Source: a virus. Taken from it: 64,000 nucleotides of DNA. The DNA lies in IMG/VR virus record IMGVR_UViG_3300038429_000225, positions 28,428 to 92,427 of that record. One strand, 5' to 3'. Below the pieces are notes generated by a model. That model had not been told where the DNA came from. It saw nothing but the letters and a program-made list of their open reading frames with translations, and made no database searches. Position numbers and translations under genes: made by a program. Each line of letters starts with the position of its first letter. The first letter of the stretch is position 1. Below are positions 36,893-46,500 of this stretch, piece after piece.

Positions 36893-37378
36893 GTGAAAGC
36901 TAGCACCATCACCAAAATTCATCTCGTCTGCCCGGTCTGCAAAGAGCCCGGGCATTGCATTGATTATCTCGAGGCCGGCCGTTCGACAATTGCGGATTGT
37001 GATCACTGCGGCGCCTACTTCAAACTGTCACGCCGCGCGACCACCCTGGCTCCATCCTACGAGATCGAAGTGCTGAAAGAAAAGAAGCAGCGAGTAGTTG
37101 TCACTCTTCAATCCACTACCGAACCACCAATCACGCTTAAGGTGAATGATTGGATGTACCCAAGTCCTGACGTGCTGTTTTATCAGTCCAGGGAAAGCGG
37201 AGTCCGATCTGAGACCCTCCAGGAGTTTTGGGAGAACAAGAAATATTACTACAATTTTCATATTTGCCCCTCGTCAATGTTCAAACAGGTCGAAGAAGTC
37301 ATCGTTGAAGACGGGGCTGATCCGCACGGATTGTTTCAATTTGTTTCGGTAGAACTCCCGAAGGAGGAAGATCAGTGA
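36893..37378 (+). CDS. Zn-finger hypothetical protein
   Basis: CPVC...CDHC; RBS GAGGAG. Confidence 0.6.
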   Translation: MKASTITKIHLVCPVCKEPGHCIDYLEAGRSTIADCDHCGAYFKLSRRATTLAPSYEIEVLKEKKQRVVVTLQSTTEPPITLKVNDWMYPSPDVLFYQSRESGVRSETLQEFWENKKYYYNFHICPSSMFKQVEEVIVEDGADPHGLFQFVSVELPKEEDQ

Positions 37379-38526
37379 GCACCGCAACACACAGAGTTGA
37401 CATTGTACGCATCAAGGAAGTTCGGGTCCACCCGAATGCTGACAAACTAGAGATCATCCCGATCGAAGGCTACCAGGCAGTCGTGGGCAAAGGCCAATTC
37501 AAGGTGGGCGACCTAGGATACTACATTCCGCCGGACAGCGTTGTGCCTGATCGGCCGGAGTACGATTTCCTATGGAAAGGCGCGGTTGAGGGGCCAGTGC
37601 CTATAAAGCGGCGCCGTATCGCAGCCAAGCGACTCCGCGGCGAGTGGAGTGAAGGCCTACTCATGCCAATAGAATGCTATGATATGAAGGACGAAAGCGT
37701 GTGGTTGGTCACAAAATCAGACCACGAAAACATGCGGGTAAAAGAGGGAGATGATGTTGCCGAGTTCCTGGGCATCACGCACTACGACCCGCCCGAAGAT
37801 CAGGTTGCCACGGGCACCAACGAAGGCGCGGTACGCGGCCCGAAGATTCCCCGCACGTTCCGCGGATGGGTCAACTTCATTAAACGGTGGGCGCACGGCG
37901 AACGCCGCGAGGGCGGTCCAGCCCTGCCAGTCTACGACGTGGAAGCGCTCAAGAAGTATATGCACGTCTTTGAGGAAGGTGAGCAGGTTTACGCCAGCGA
38001 GAAGATTCATGGCAGCAACGCCCGCTATTCCTACAGTAAGGGCTTCTTCGGTTGGGGCCACATGTACGCCGGCAGCCGTCAGCTTTGGAAGGCACTCAAC
38101 TCCAACTGCACCTGGCGCCGTGCGCTTAAGGACAATTCATGGATTGAAGAGTGGTGCAAGAAGCACCCAGGCTATGCTCTCTATGGCGAAGTGACGCCAA
38201 CCCAGAAAGGATTCGAGTACGGGTCGAACAAGGTGCAATTCTTCCCGTTCGACATTCGGACGCCCGATGGTAAATGGGCCGAAGTGTGGGGCCCGGAGTG
38301 GGGTTGGGAAAAGATCTTTACTCACAGTCCCGCTATGCTTTATGATGGACCTTTCGACTTCGAGAAGTTAAAGGCGCTGGCCGACGGCCCCTCGCATGTT
38401 GAAGGCACCAAACACATGCGTGAAGGCATCGTGATCAAGGCTGTGCCGGAGCGTGAGGCCCACAACCTGGGTCGCGTGCAACTCAAGATCGTGAGCAACA
38501 CGTTTTTGGAGAAGGATGCCAAGTGA
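37375..38526 (+). CDS. ATP-dependent RNA ligase (DRB0094-like, N-terminal OB fold)
   Basis: HPNADKLE, SEGLL, motif I EKIHGSN, LYGE, FDI, REGIVIK, LKIVS. Confidence 0.88.
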   Translation: MSTATHRVDIVRIKEVRVHPNADKLEIIPIEGYQAVVGKGQFKVGDLGYYIPPDSVVPDRPEYDFLWKGAVEGPVPIKRRRIAAKRLRGEWSEGLLMPIECYDMKDESVWLVTKSDHENMRVKEGDDVAEFLGITHYDPPEDQVATGTNEGAVRGPKIPRTFRGWVNFIKRWAHGERREGGPALPVYDVEALKKYMHVFEEGEQVYASEKIHGSNARYSYSKGFFGWGHMYAGSRQLWKALNSNCTWRRALKDNSWIEEWCKKHPGYALYGEVTPTQKGFEYGSNKVQFFPFDIRTPDGKWAEVWGPEWGWEKIFTHSPAMLYDGPFDFEKLKALADGPSHVEGTKHMREGIVIKAVPEREAHNLGRVQLKIVSNTFLEKDAK

Positions 38527-38628
38527 ATGTCTAGCCCACTTAAGAGGGCCGGGTGTGCGTTGGGCAACGCACAACTTGGTTAGACCCGGTCCTCACAAAT
38601 TTTTGGAGGGTAAATGATTTTGGGTATC

Positions 38629-38657
38629 TTGACAGTCGCCGCGGTTTGTGCTATCGT
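38629..38657 (+). promoter_or_regulatory. Sigma70 promoter upstream of the integrase
   Basis: TTGACA-17-TATCGT with TG. Confidence 0.6.
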
Positions 38658-38699
38658 TATCTTGTTTGTGGATGAGGTTGCTGAAAGGCAGGTTGGAAA

Positions 38700-39623
38700 A
38701 TGAAGTTCGTGGAGCAGGCGCCAATCTTTTTTGAGCGGATCCAAACGCGCAAGCGGCACCCGGTAAAACCGGCGACGCTATCGGCGTATCGGAATGCGAT
38801 CAACAGTTGGATCCTTCCATCGATCGGTCAGCAGGATCTGGAGACGTTTAGCAACGGCGCTCTCAAAGCCTTCATCCACAAGTTGACTGTGTTGCGCAAG
38901 TCTCCGGCCACAATCCAGCAGATCGTTACCGTTGTGAAGTCGATAGTAGCCTCCGCAGTCACGCCGGAAGGGGACCTGTTGTATCCTCGAATCTGGAACA
39001 ACGCCTTCCTCGATCTTCCAGATATCGGGCCCCAGAAGGCTCCTACGCTCACCCAGGAGCAGCTTAGAGCTGCCCTGCGGTCTGAGCACGGCGTATTCTA
39101 TGCCTTCCTGGCAGGTACTGGCCTTCGTATTGGGGAGGCCCTAGCCGTACGATGGGGAGATGATGGCACGCATACCTGCCTGGACCCCGAAAACGCTGTG
39201 GTGCGTGTCCGGACAAAGCTCTGGTACAAGCAGGAAGGGACCCCTAAAACCGATGCCGGTATTCGAGAAGTCGACCTGGACCCTCGATTGAACGCCCTTC
39301 TGTCGTGTGCTACAACCACTGTGGCAGGCGAGCCTATATTTAACAAGGATGGAAAGTTTCTGTGCGAGGGAACTATGCGGGCCCATCTTAAGTCCCTGGG
39401 TATTTGTGGCTTCCATACCTTTCGACGTTACCGCATCACGCGGCTCCGCGAGCTAGGGACGCCGGAAGACATTGTTCGATACTGGGCAGGCCACGCTGGA
39501 GGCGGCATCACCGATCGGTACAGCAAGTTGGCCGAAAACAAAGAGCTTCGGAAGCAATGGGCCGTCCGGGCCGGCCTGGGATTCGAGTTGCCGGAAATTA
39601 AGAAGGAGAAAAAAGATGAATGA
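38700..39623 (+). CDS. Tyrosine recombinase/integrase
   Basis: TGLRIGE (R), PKT (K), HTFRR, AGH, DRY (Tyr); SAM-like N-terminal domain. Confidence 0.9.
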   Translation: MKFVEQAPIFFERIQTRKRHPVKPATLSAYRNAINSWILPSIGQQDLETFSNGALKAFIHKLTVLRKSPATIQQIVTVVKSIVASAVTPEGDLLYPRIWNNAFLDLPDIGPQKAPTLTQEQLRAALRSEHGVFYAFLAGTGLRIGEALAVRWGDDGTHTCLDPENAVVRVRTKLWYKQEGTPKTDAGIREVDLDPRLNALLSCATTTVAGEPIFNKDGKFLCEGTMRAHLKSLGICGFHTFRRYRITRLRELGTPEDIVRYWAGHAGGGITDRYSKLAENKELRKQWAVRAGLGFELPEIKKEKKDE

Positions 39624-39653
39624 ACATACATCAGGCTGGAGGCGGTTTTGAAA

Positions 39654-39680
39654 CGCCTTTTAATGGGCAGTTAAAAGGCG
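39654..39680. other. Perfect 10-bp inverted repeat with 7-bp spacer (candidate recombinase core site)
   Basis: CGCCTTTTAA-TGGGCAG-TTAAAAGGCG, 30 bp after the integrase stop. Confidence 0.45.
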
Positions 39681-39695
39681 AAAGGAGACTTACAA

Positions 39696-40223
39696 ATGAA
39701 TGCCACTCGACACGCCAAGCTGTTGACGCTCTTGCAAGAATGTACGCCAATCGATCCGCGGGATCTGAAACAGATGGGAATTCATTATGAGTTTTTGGGC
39801 GATGGAGTCTATCGGGAAGTCTATTGGTTGAAGGGATACAACGCCGTGATCAAGTTTCCGTTTCCCGACGGAAATATCCCATATCGCGATTCCGAAGACA
39901 GTAGTCTCGGTCACGCACAGCGAGAGATGGACGGATTTGAAAAGATTCGCGCATCAAAAAGTCCACTTCGAAATCATCTGCCAAAAATCTACTACCAGAA
40001 CCGTGAAAATGGGGTGATTGTGATGGAGAAATACAACACCGATTGGATGGCAGCCTATAATACCAAGACCGATAAATCCCGAAACCGGAAAGTTATGGAC
40101 TTGAGACGACGCTTGTGTAGATTTTTTAAACTGAACGACGAAAACTCCGATTATGGAGCGGATAATTTTGGGCTTGACAAACACGGGAAATTTGTTATAG
40201 TAGATCTTGGGATATCAACGTAA
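39696..40223 (+). CDS. Minimal protein-kinase-like protein
   Basis: LGDGVYREVY, VIKFP, RE, PKIY, VMEKY, DYGADNFG, VIVDLG. Confidence 0.72.
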   Translation: MNATRHAKLLTLLQECTPIDPRDLKQMGIHYEFLGDGVYREVYWLKGYNAVIKFPFPDGNIPYRDSEDSSLGHAQREMDGFEKIRASKSPLRNHLPKIYYQNRENGVIVMEKYNTDWMAAYNTKTDKSRNRKVMDLRRRLCRFFKLNDENSDYGADNFGLDKHGKFVIVDLGIST

Positions 40224-40230
40224 GGAGAAG

Positions 40231-40866
40231 ATGATGGAAAACGAACGTTGTATCGAACATGGAATCACGCGGTGTCCACACCCGAAGTGTCGATCGAAGC
40301 TGTTGACGGAGCTGGTGACGCCGCCGAAACCGCGGCCCGTTGTGCTGCTGGCTGGAAAAGCGGGGCCCCCAGCGCCCGCGTTGGCACCGCCCTCGATCAC
40401 CAACGCCGCTCCCGCCGACATTGAAATGATGGACGCGCCGGCCGTTCGTGAAGAAGCGACCGAACTACGCAAGGCGCAGGGCGTGTATGACAAAGAGATG
40501 GAAGATCTGCTGGCAGCCAAGGCGCGCCAGGAAGCCATCAATGCTGCAGCCGATATTGGGATCAAGTCCGAACCCGCACCCAAAACAGACATGGGACACG
40601 CAGAAGCGAGCATAGATCCCGAGATAGATTATGTGAAGATCGCCGGCTTCGAAACACTGCCAGTTGATGATTCTCATGCATCCCAGGTGATGCGGGCAGC
40701 CTCAGCATATGCCGACGCGGCACGGGACTATGCCCTCAAGCTGGCGAGCTACACCAAGGTTGCGGAGGGGCTTAAGACAGCTGGGGATCGGTTGACTGAG
40801 GCTATCAATTTACGCGACCAGCGAGAGCGTGAACTTAAAGAGATCGTCGACGGAGGAACAAAATGA
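40231..40866 (+). CDS. Hypothetical protein (Cys/His N-terminus, coiled-coil C-terminus)
   Basis: RBS AAGGAG. Confidence 0.6.
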   Translation: MMENERCIEHGITRCPHPKCRSKLLTELVTPPKPRPVVLLAGKAGPPAPALAPPSITNAAPADIEMMDAPAVREEATELRKAQGVYDKEMEDLLAAKARQEAINAAADIGIKSEPAPKTDMGHAEASIDPEIDYVKIAGFETLPVDDSHASQVMRAASAYADAARDYALKLASYTKVAEGLKTAGDRLTEAINLRDQRERELKEIVDGGTK

Positions 40867-40939
40867 GTGAAACAGTTGATTCTGTGGCCCAGGGATTCTT
40901 AAAGCATCTGTCGGCGAAAGGAATGAAGTCCGTTCCAGT

Positions 40940-41542
40940 ATGGGTGATTCGATGACAACACAGGAAGAAAAAGCTAAAGAGATTTTGAAACGTTGGCAAG
41001 AACTTTATCCAGCTCAGGGTCCTACCACTCTGTCCGTCGCGGACCTACGCGCAGCCAAAGAACAGCTTGTGTCCACTAATATTAAGCCATCCGGGGGATC
41101 CTTGTGTCCTAAATGTAAGTCGGGCAATCTAACATTCGATACTTTGACGGGTATTACTCGATGCCGAGATTGCAAGGCGTGGCGGTCTGTTGGTGATGAA
41201 CCGGGAACATATCGTACAGGTGGAGAGCCTATCAATTCCAAGCCGCCGTGGACCCCCATTGATTGGGAAGAGTGGCGCAAGAACATGGGATCAGCCATCA
41301 ACAAGACAGCGATCCTTTTGGAGGGAGTGGCGCGCGGCAACAGGAACCCGCGTCTCGAAAACCTTAGAGCTCCGGTGCTGTGGTTTGAGGGCATCGCAGT
41401 TGGAGAGAGACCGGAATACGAATTCCAGATGTGGAGCGTGGTGCCGCCGCAAGGATGTGAGATAACATTCTTTGGTGAGCAAGCGAAGGATCGTGCCATG
41501 AAGATGGCACAATTGATGTTGGATGACGGGAAGAAGAAATAA
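40940..41542 (+). CDS. Zn-ribbon hypothetical protein
   Basis: CPKC...CRDC. Confidence 0.55.
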   Translation: MGDSMTTQEEKAKEILKRWQELYPAQGPTTLSVADLRAAKEQLVSTNIKPSGGSLCPKCKSGNLTFDTLTGITRCRDCKAWRSVGDEPGTYRTGGEPINSKPPWTPIDWEEWRKNMGSAINKTAILLEGVARGNRNPRLENLRAPVLWFEGIAVGERPEYEFQMWSVVPPQGCEITFFGEQAKDRAMKMAQLMLDDGKKK

Positions 41543-41551
41543 GGAGAAGAC

Positions 41552-41785
41552 ATGGCAAGCATAAGCAAGACCGCGAAAGCGTCAGTCAAGGCAGGACAAA
41601 TGGCAGCGAAAGACGGTGTCGTTCTTTCGGATACAGAGCGCATTCGACTGATACGCATTGAGTGTGCATCCCATATTTACCCAAGCTGCGAAAACGCGCA
41701 CGCTTTGCTTCGGAAATATGACGAAGCACTCATTCGAATCGCTGAATTGGAAGCACAAGCTACGGAAACGGATATACAGAAATGA
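41552..41785 (+). CDS. Hypothetical protein
   Basis: RBS AAGGAG. Confidence 0.55.
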   Translation: MASISKTAKASVKAGQMAAKDGVVLSDTERIRLIRIECASHIYPSCENAHALLRKYDEALIRIAELEAQATETDIQK

Positions 41786-42222
41786 GGACTTGCTGGAGAG
41801 TTTTGATTGCGGTGGGGCTGGTTGTTCTGTGTTCCTACTGGGTGCAACTATGCGGAGCCCCTATCCCGACAACAGGCGCATTATCCGTATCGCAGCTCCA
41901 GCAAACGTACGAGGAATTCAACGAAGAATACTTTGCTAATTCACTACCCAAGGACACCGTGGTTGACTACGGTGAGTACGATTTCAATGACATGGCGTCT
42001 ACACAAAGACTTCCCGACAGACGATTTCACATTGCTCTAAATGAATCATACACCGGCGGCGCCCGAGTGGCCCGACTGATGATTCTTCACGAAGACTGTC
42101 ACATCAAGACGTGGCTTCAAGAACCTGCTAAACACGGCAAGCTGTGGCGATCGTGCATGTTGCAGTTGGATTTACAAGGGGCTTTTCGGGAGCAGTTGAT
42201 TGATGGATACAGGGAGCACTAG
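41782..42222 (+). CDS. Exported SprT-like metalloprotease
   Basis: N-terminal TM/signal, FNEEYF.N.LP, ILHEDCH, HGKLW. Confidence 0.72.
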   Translation: MRTCWRVLIAVGLVVLCSYWVQLCGAPIPTTGALSVSQLQQTYEEFNEEYFANSLPKDTVVDYGEYDFNDMASTQRLPDRRFHIALNESYTGGARVARLMILHEDCHIKTWLQEPAKHGKLWRSCMLQLDLQGAFREQLIDGYREH

Positions 42223-42476
42223 CGATCGTGCGGCTTCGGCTCCGGATAAAGAGCAGCCTCAATAAGATCCACGTCGAACAGCTTGCAGCCATAGGCATCT
42301 TCAATTGGGCCGGCAACAATTCCGCACTCCATATTTTCCGTCCCCGGGACGTGTAGATGATAGACGCAGATGCCGCAACGGTGCTTGCAAGGCTCATCGG
42401 ACTTCTTGTAATCTACCTGAGCCTTCGTGTACTTCGGGCCTGAGGATAGCTTATCTGTTTCGTTTCGGTCACACAT
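42219..42476 (-). CDS. HiPIP-like small four-Cys protein
   Basis: KAQVDY...RCGICVYH...CGIVAGPIE..YGCKLF; RBS AAGGAG. Confidence 0.65.
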   Translation of the reverse strand: MCDRNETDKLSSGPKYTKAQVDYKKSDEPCKHRCGICVYHLHVPGTENMECGIVAGPIEDAYGCKLFDVDLIEAALYPEPKPHDR

Positions 42477-42487
42477 GAGACGTCTCC

Positions 42488-42664
42488 TTAAAAATTCGGG
42501 TCGTTCGCTGCAGCAGCAACCAGCAGTTTGATGATCCACGCGCTGCCTACAGCAATTGACATAACTGTGATAGCGCCGATGATGAGGGTCGGCCACGTGA
42601 GACCCCAGTAATAATAAATTCTCTTTACTCTGGGTTTTTGTTCAACAACTTTACGTTCAATCAT
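42488..42664 (-). CDS. Small single-TM protein (not in ORF track)
   Basis: Manual translation MIERKVV...WPTLIIGAITVMSIAVGSAWIIKLLVAAA; RBS GAGGA. Confidence 0.55.
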   Translation of the reverse strand: MIERKVVEQKPRVKRIYYYWGLTWPTLIIGAITVMSIAVGSAWIIKLLVAAAANDPNF

Positions 42665-42673
42665 TTCATCCTC

Positions 42674-42772
42674 TCAATCTTTGTCTTTTGGTACTGGATG
42701 TTTCAAGAAATCTAAAACTACTATGAGCACCAGCAAGTCGATGACAAGCAGAGCAATCGCGATACCGATCAT
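42674..42772 (-). CDS. Very small TM protein (not in ORF track)
   Basis: MIGIAIALLVIDLLVLIVVLDFLKHPVPKDKD; RBS AAGGAG. Confidence 0.5.
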   Translation of the reverse strand: MIGIAIALLVIDLLVLIVVLDFLKHPVPKDKD

Positions 42773-42784
42773 GATGTGCTCTCC

Positions 42785-43225
42785 TTATCTAAAACAACTG
42801 ATACGTCCTACTGTCGCGATCATCGGGTGCTGGTCCAGGTGGCGTACGATCGTCTCCCGAAACTTCTCTGAGCATTCATTGAGTTTGCAGTACCACAGAG
42901 CGCCGCCGACACCGCCTTTGCCTACGTCAGTGATGTCTCGTTCGCGACCATTATAAATGTTCTCGGCGATCGCGAGGCAGCGGCGGAAAAGTGGATCGTG
43001 ATGGGGGTCTCCCAATTTCGTGATTCGTGGAGGCGTTCCGTCGTCCGGCATGTTGTAGCTGTCGTGTTTCTCGATCAGCCTAAGCCACTGTCCGTCTTCC
43101 CAACCGGCAAGTACGCGGTTACGCACGATCAGGCCGGCCACGGTCATGCCGAGTATTACGTCGTCGTGGGATTCATTCCACATAAGCGTCCCGAGTGCGG
43201 AAATGAGATAGTCAGAAGGAGTCAC
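42785..43225 (-). CDS. SleB/CwlJ-like cell-wall hydrolase (endolysin candidate)
   Basis: LMWNES, GMTVAGLIVRNRV, DIT..GALWY, ATVGRISCF. Confidence 0.72.
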   Translation of the reverse strand: MTPSDYLISALGTLMWNESHDDVILGMTVAGLIVRNRVLAGWEDGQWLRLIEKHDSYNMPDDGTPPRITKLGDPHHDPLFRRCLAIAENIYNGRERDITDVGKGGVGGALWYCKLNECSEKFRETIVRHLDQHPMIATVGRISCFR

Positions 43226-43436
43226 GGTGCACCTCGTAGACTGCTTTAATCCAGTCAAAGAACTCTTGTTCAGTCATTGAACTTTTTGCTTGATTGCAAC
43301 GAAAACAACACGGACGAGAATTTTCAATCGTATATCCTTTTGTGTTGTCGACACGATCGATTCCATGTACCAATCCATTTTTAGTGGTGCTCGCTAGCTT
43401 CGTCTCGGCACCGCAGCCACATTCGCAGAGAGTCAT
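43212..43436 (-). pseudogene. Internally deleted HNH endonuclease
   Basis: CECGCG N-terminus fused directly to GIDRVDNTKGYTIENSRPCCFRCNQAK. Confidence 0.65.
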
Positions 43437-43568
43437 ATTTTATTCCTTCAACTTTAAAGAGATTAGACTTCCAACCACACGAGCACAAAAACTGGTCCTC
43501 ATGTTTTTGCTTCCAGATAAGTTTACGACAAACAGGACACACCATGGAATCCATAATGGCTCCCTATG

Positions 43569-46500
43569 TTACCTCAAATCGCCGTAGACACTTTGCAATT
43601 TGCGCCACGTCGGATCATCCGCGCGTTGAGCCGCGGTATGTTGTTTCATATATTCAACACGCTTTTTCCACAACATATTCGACAACTGATCCTTCTCGGA
43701 TTTTCCCGCAGCATCCCAGACGTTGATCGCTTCGGATAATGGGAGTCGATCGAAGCGCGCTTGCAGCGGAGACAGGGGGGCGCGACGAATGATCTCATCG
43801 GCGCGGCGCTTTGAAACATGCTGCATGATCTCGCCCTTGCCAATCTTTCCGGCGCGGTATGCGTCTTCAAGACGGATATCTTGCTGGTGGGCCTTAAGAT
43901 GTTCCGGGTCCACGGGTCCGGTCGGCATTCGATCGGAGGCATATTGCTCAGCGAGTTTCTCCGCTTCTGTTTTGTAACGACGAACGGTTGCACCCATACC
44001 TTTGTAGACTTGATCGAACGCGCTAACATCGCCGCCCTTAATAATCCCTTGGCCCACAATAGGAATGATGTTTCGAACAAGATCCGAAGCCTGTTGATCG
44101 AACGGAGCACGTCGTCCCATCGGGTCGCGTCCAGTGAGACCTTCCACCACAGGACGAACTGTCAATGGATTAACACGACCAAAGAGAAATTCTCGAGGAG
44201 AACTCATAGCATGGATAAGGTCCGTAGGCAATGTACGAATGCTGTAGATTTTTTCGTTACCCTTCTCGTCCTTAGAAGCAACGCCGAACGGAGCTTCGTT
44301 GTGCATCTGTCCGCTGGTGAGCATATTGATTACGCGAGCACCTAGCCAGATCGCAGCCAGTTGCTTGACCATAATCTTTCGGGAATATGCACCTGTCTCT
44401 TTGTCCATTAATCCAAGTGCTCGAGCACCCATTCTCATTTCGGATAGTAGCCAATCAGGTGCCAGGGCTATCATGCGCGCGAAGTCTTGCTGTGACGCAG
44501 ACCAGCCAAGCTTGCGCCAGTTCTGTCCACCGAACACGTCATTGACGGTATCAGCCGCTCGAGATGCCGCTTCGTCCGCGGTAAGATGCGGATGGTCGTT
44601 ACGCATATCGTCGAATATTTTTAGATATGCCCGGTCCTTAAGACTGGGGATGTAATCGTTGAAAAGGAAACTCTGTAACTTTCCTTGGAATTGTTTGAGG
44701 CCTGGGATCGCATTAATGATACTGGAGTGACTGGCCATACCTGTGGAGAATTTGTCCTGGGCTTTGTAGTCGTTGCGAATCAAGCCTTGCCGAACACCGC
44801 GACGCAAAGATTCACTGATCGCGGGGTCATTAATATCCAGATGTGATTTATCTAAAGGATTGATACCGACCATCATCGCGCGCAAAGATTCCTGCACGAG
44901 GTGGAACGGAGAGATAGACAACAGAAGGCCTTTTGCCTCGCCGGCCGCTCTGTTGGCAGCAGAAAGTGTGGGACTATTGCGCACGACGCTTCGATCGGCG
45001 TCAATCACTTGCCGAACAAACTTCTCGTAGTCTGGGTGGACCAGTAGATCGCCTCGCATGATTGCGGGATTGCCGGCCGTGTCCTGGCCCGCGTAGCCCC
45101 AGGCGCGCGTGTGCTGACTGTCAATCTTCACGTAGCCGTCAGACGAATACGCGTATGCTGGGATCTTCTCGCCTTCCTCGTTCTCAATGGTCCAGGGCAG
45201 CTTGTAGATGATGCCCTTGTTAAGTCCGTCCTGTAAGTCGTTGGTGCCCGTCTTCGGGTTGATACCCTCTCGCATCTTCTCCACGATCTCGGGAGATATG
45301 TTGATTGTTTTCACGGACTTAGGGTCAAGAGCTACCGCGGGGTTATTGGTCTCAGCACCCATGACGCGCGCGGTTCCGGCAAGGACAGCGGCTGGCCGCC
45401 CGTCCGGTCCCTTCGCACCCTTGGTGCGCAGGGCTTCCAAGAACTTCCGTCCGGCGATCGCACGATCGATTCCGACCATGTGGTCGTAGGCGTGCTTCGC
45501 CAAATCGTCGTGTTTGAAAACTTCGCCCGCCATCACGCCCTCGAACTCTGTGTTGTAGACGCGATACTTGGCTTGATTGATGTTCGTGGAGAAGTGTCCA
45601 GCGTCAGCGTCATAGCGCAGACGATTGAGCGCCTGGTTGGTAACCTTTTCAGGAGCCTTCCCAAACACCTTGTTCCACATGCTGTTGTCTTCGCCAGCCC
45701 AGGCCTGGGGATGATAGGCTTCCACCCATTGATGGATCAAACCGTTCTCATAGGCCTTTTGGAATGAGTTGTCATAAAGCTGACGCAGCATCTTGGCCAT
45801 TGATTTGTCTTCTTCGGTCATGCGGTTGATTGCATAATCGAGGCCGGCGAGATACTGATCACGCTGCTTGGGTGTTAGCTGACTGTTGAACCGAGAGTTG
45901 TCACCCGGTAGATCTTCCGCGCCTATTGGACGCAGCGGAGTAGAATGACTAGTGAGATTGCCCTCTTCGTCGCGCTCCAGTATGTGACCGGGCATGTGAC
46001 GTTTCGAGGCGACCAACATGTCGTCAGGCACAGGGCCCGGACGCAGAGCTCGAGGCGCAAGTTTCTCTATTGGGATTTTGTCAAGATCGATACTGTACTG
46101 AGGGCCTAAAAAGTCCTTTTCTCCCGTAGGATTGTGGTGCTCAACATCAAACTCTTTATCGAGAGACTCCCACACATGGCGCGCGTCAAGAGATGTAGCA
46201 CCATTTTCGTCGCTGGTAAATTTGTGAAGGCCATGTTCTTTCGCGATCCGCATGGCTTCGATGTACGCGGCTTTCGCATAACCACGGCCACGATACGAGG
46301 ACTTCTCGCCAGATTTAAGGTCAGATTCAACACCAGAAATATTCATGTGCGCAACATCTTCAGCATCTACGTTTACAAGGAATCGCCCGACTCTGTCATT
46401 CTTTATGTTGTGCAAGCCAACTTCATAACTTCTTCCTTCCGCCGCCCCTTTATTCAAACCTTTTGTCTCTGACCGAAGCTCTACACCCGGATAAACTTCA

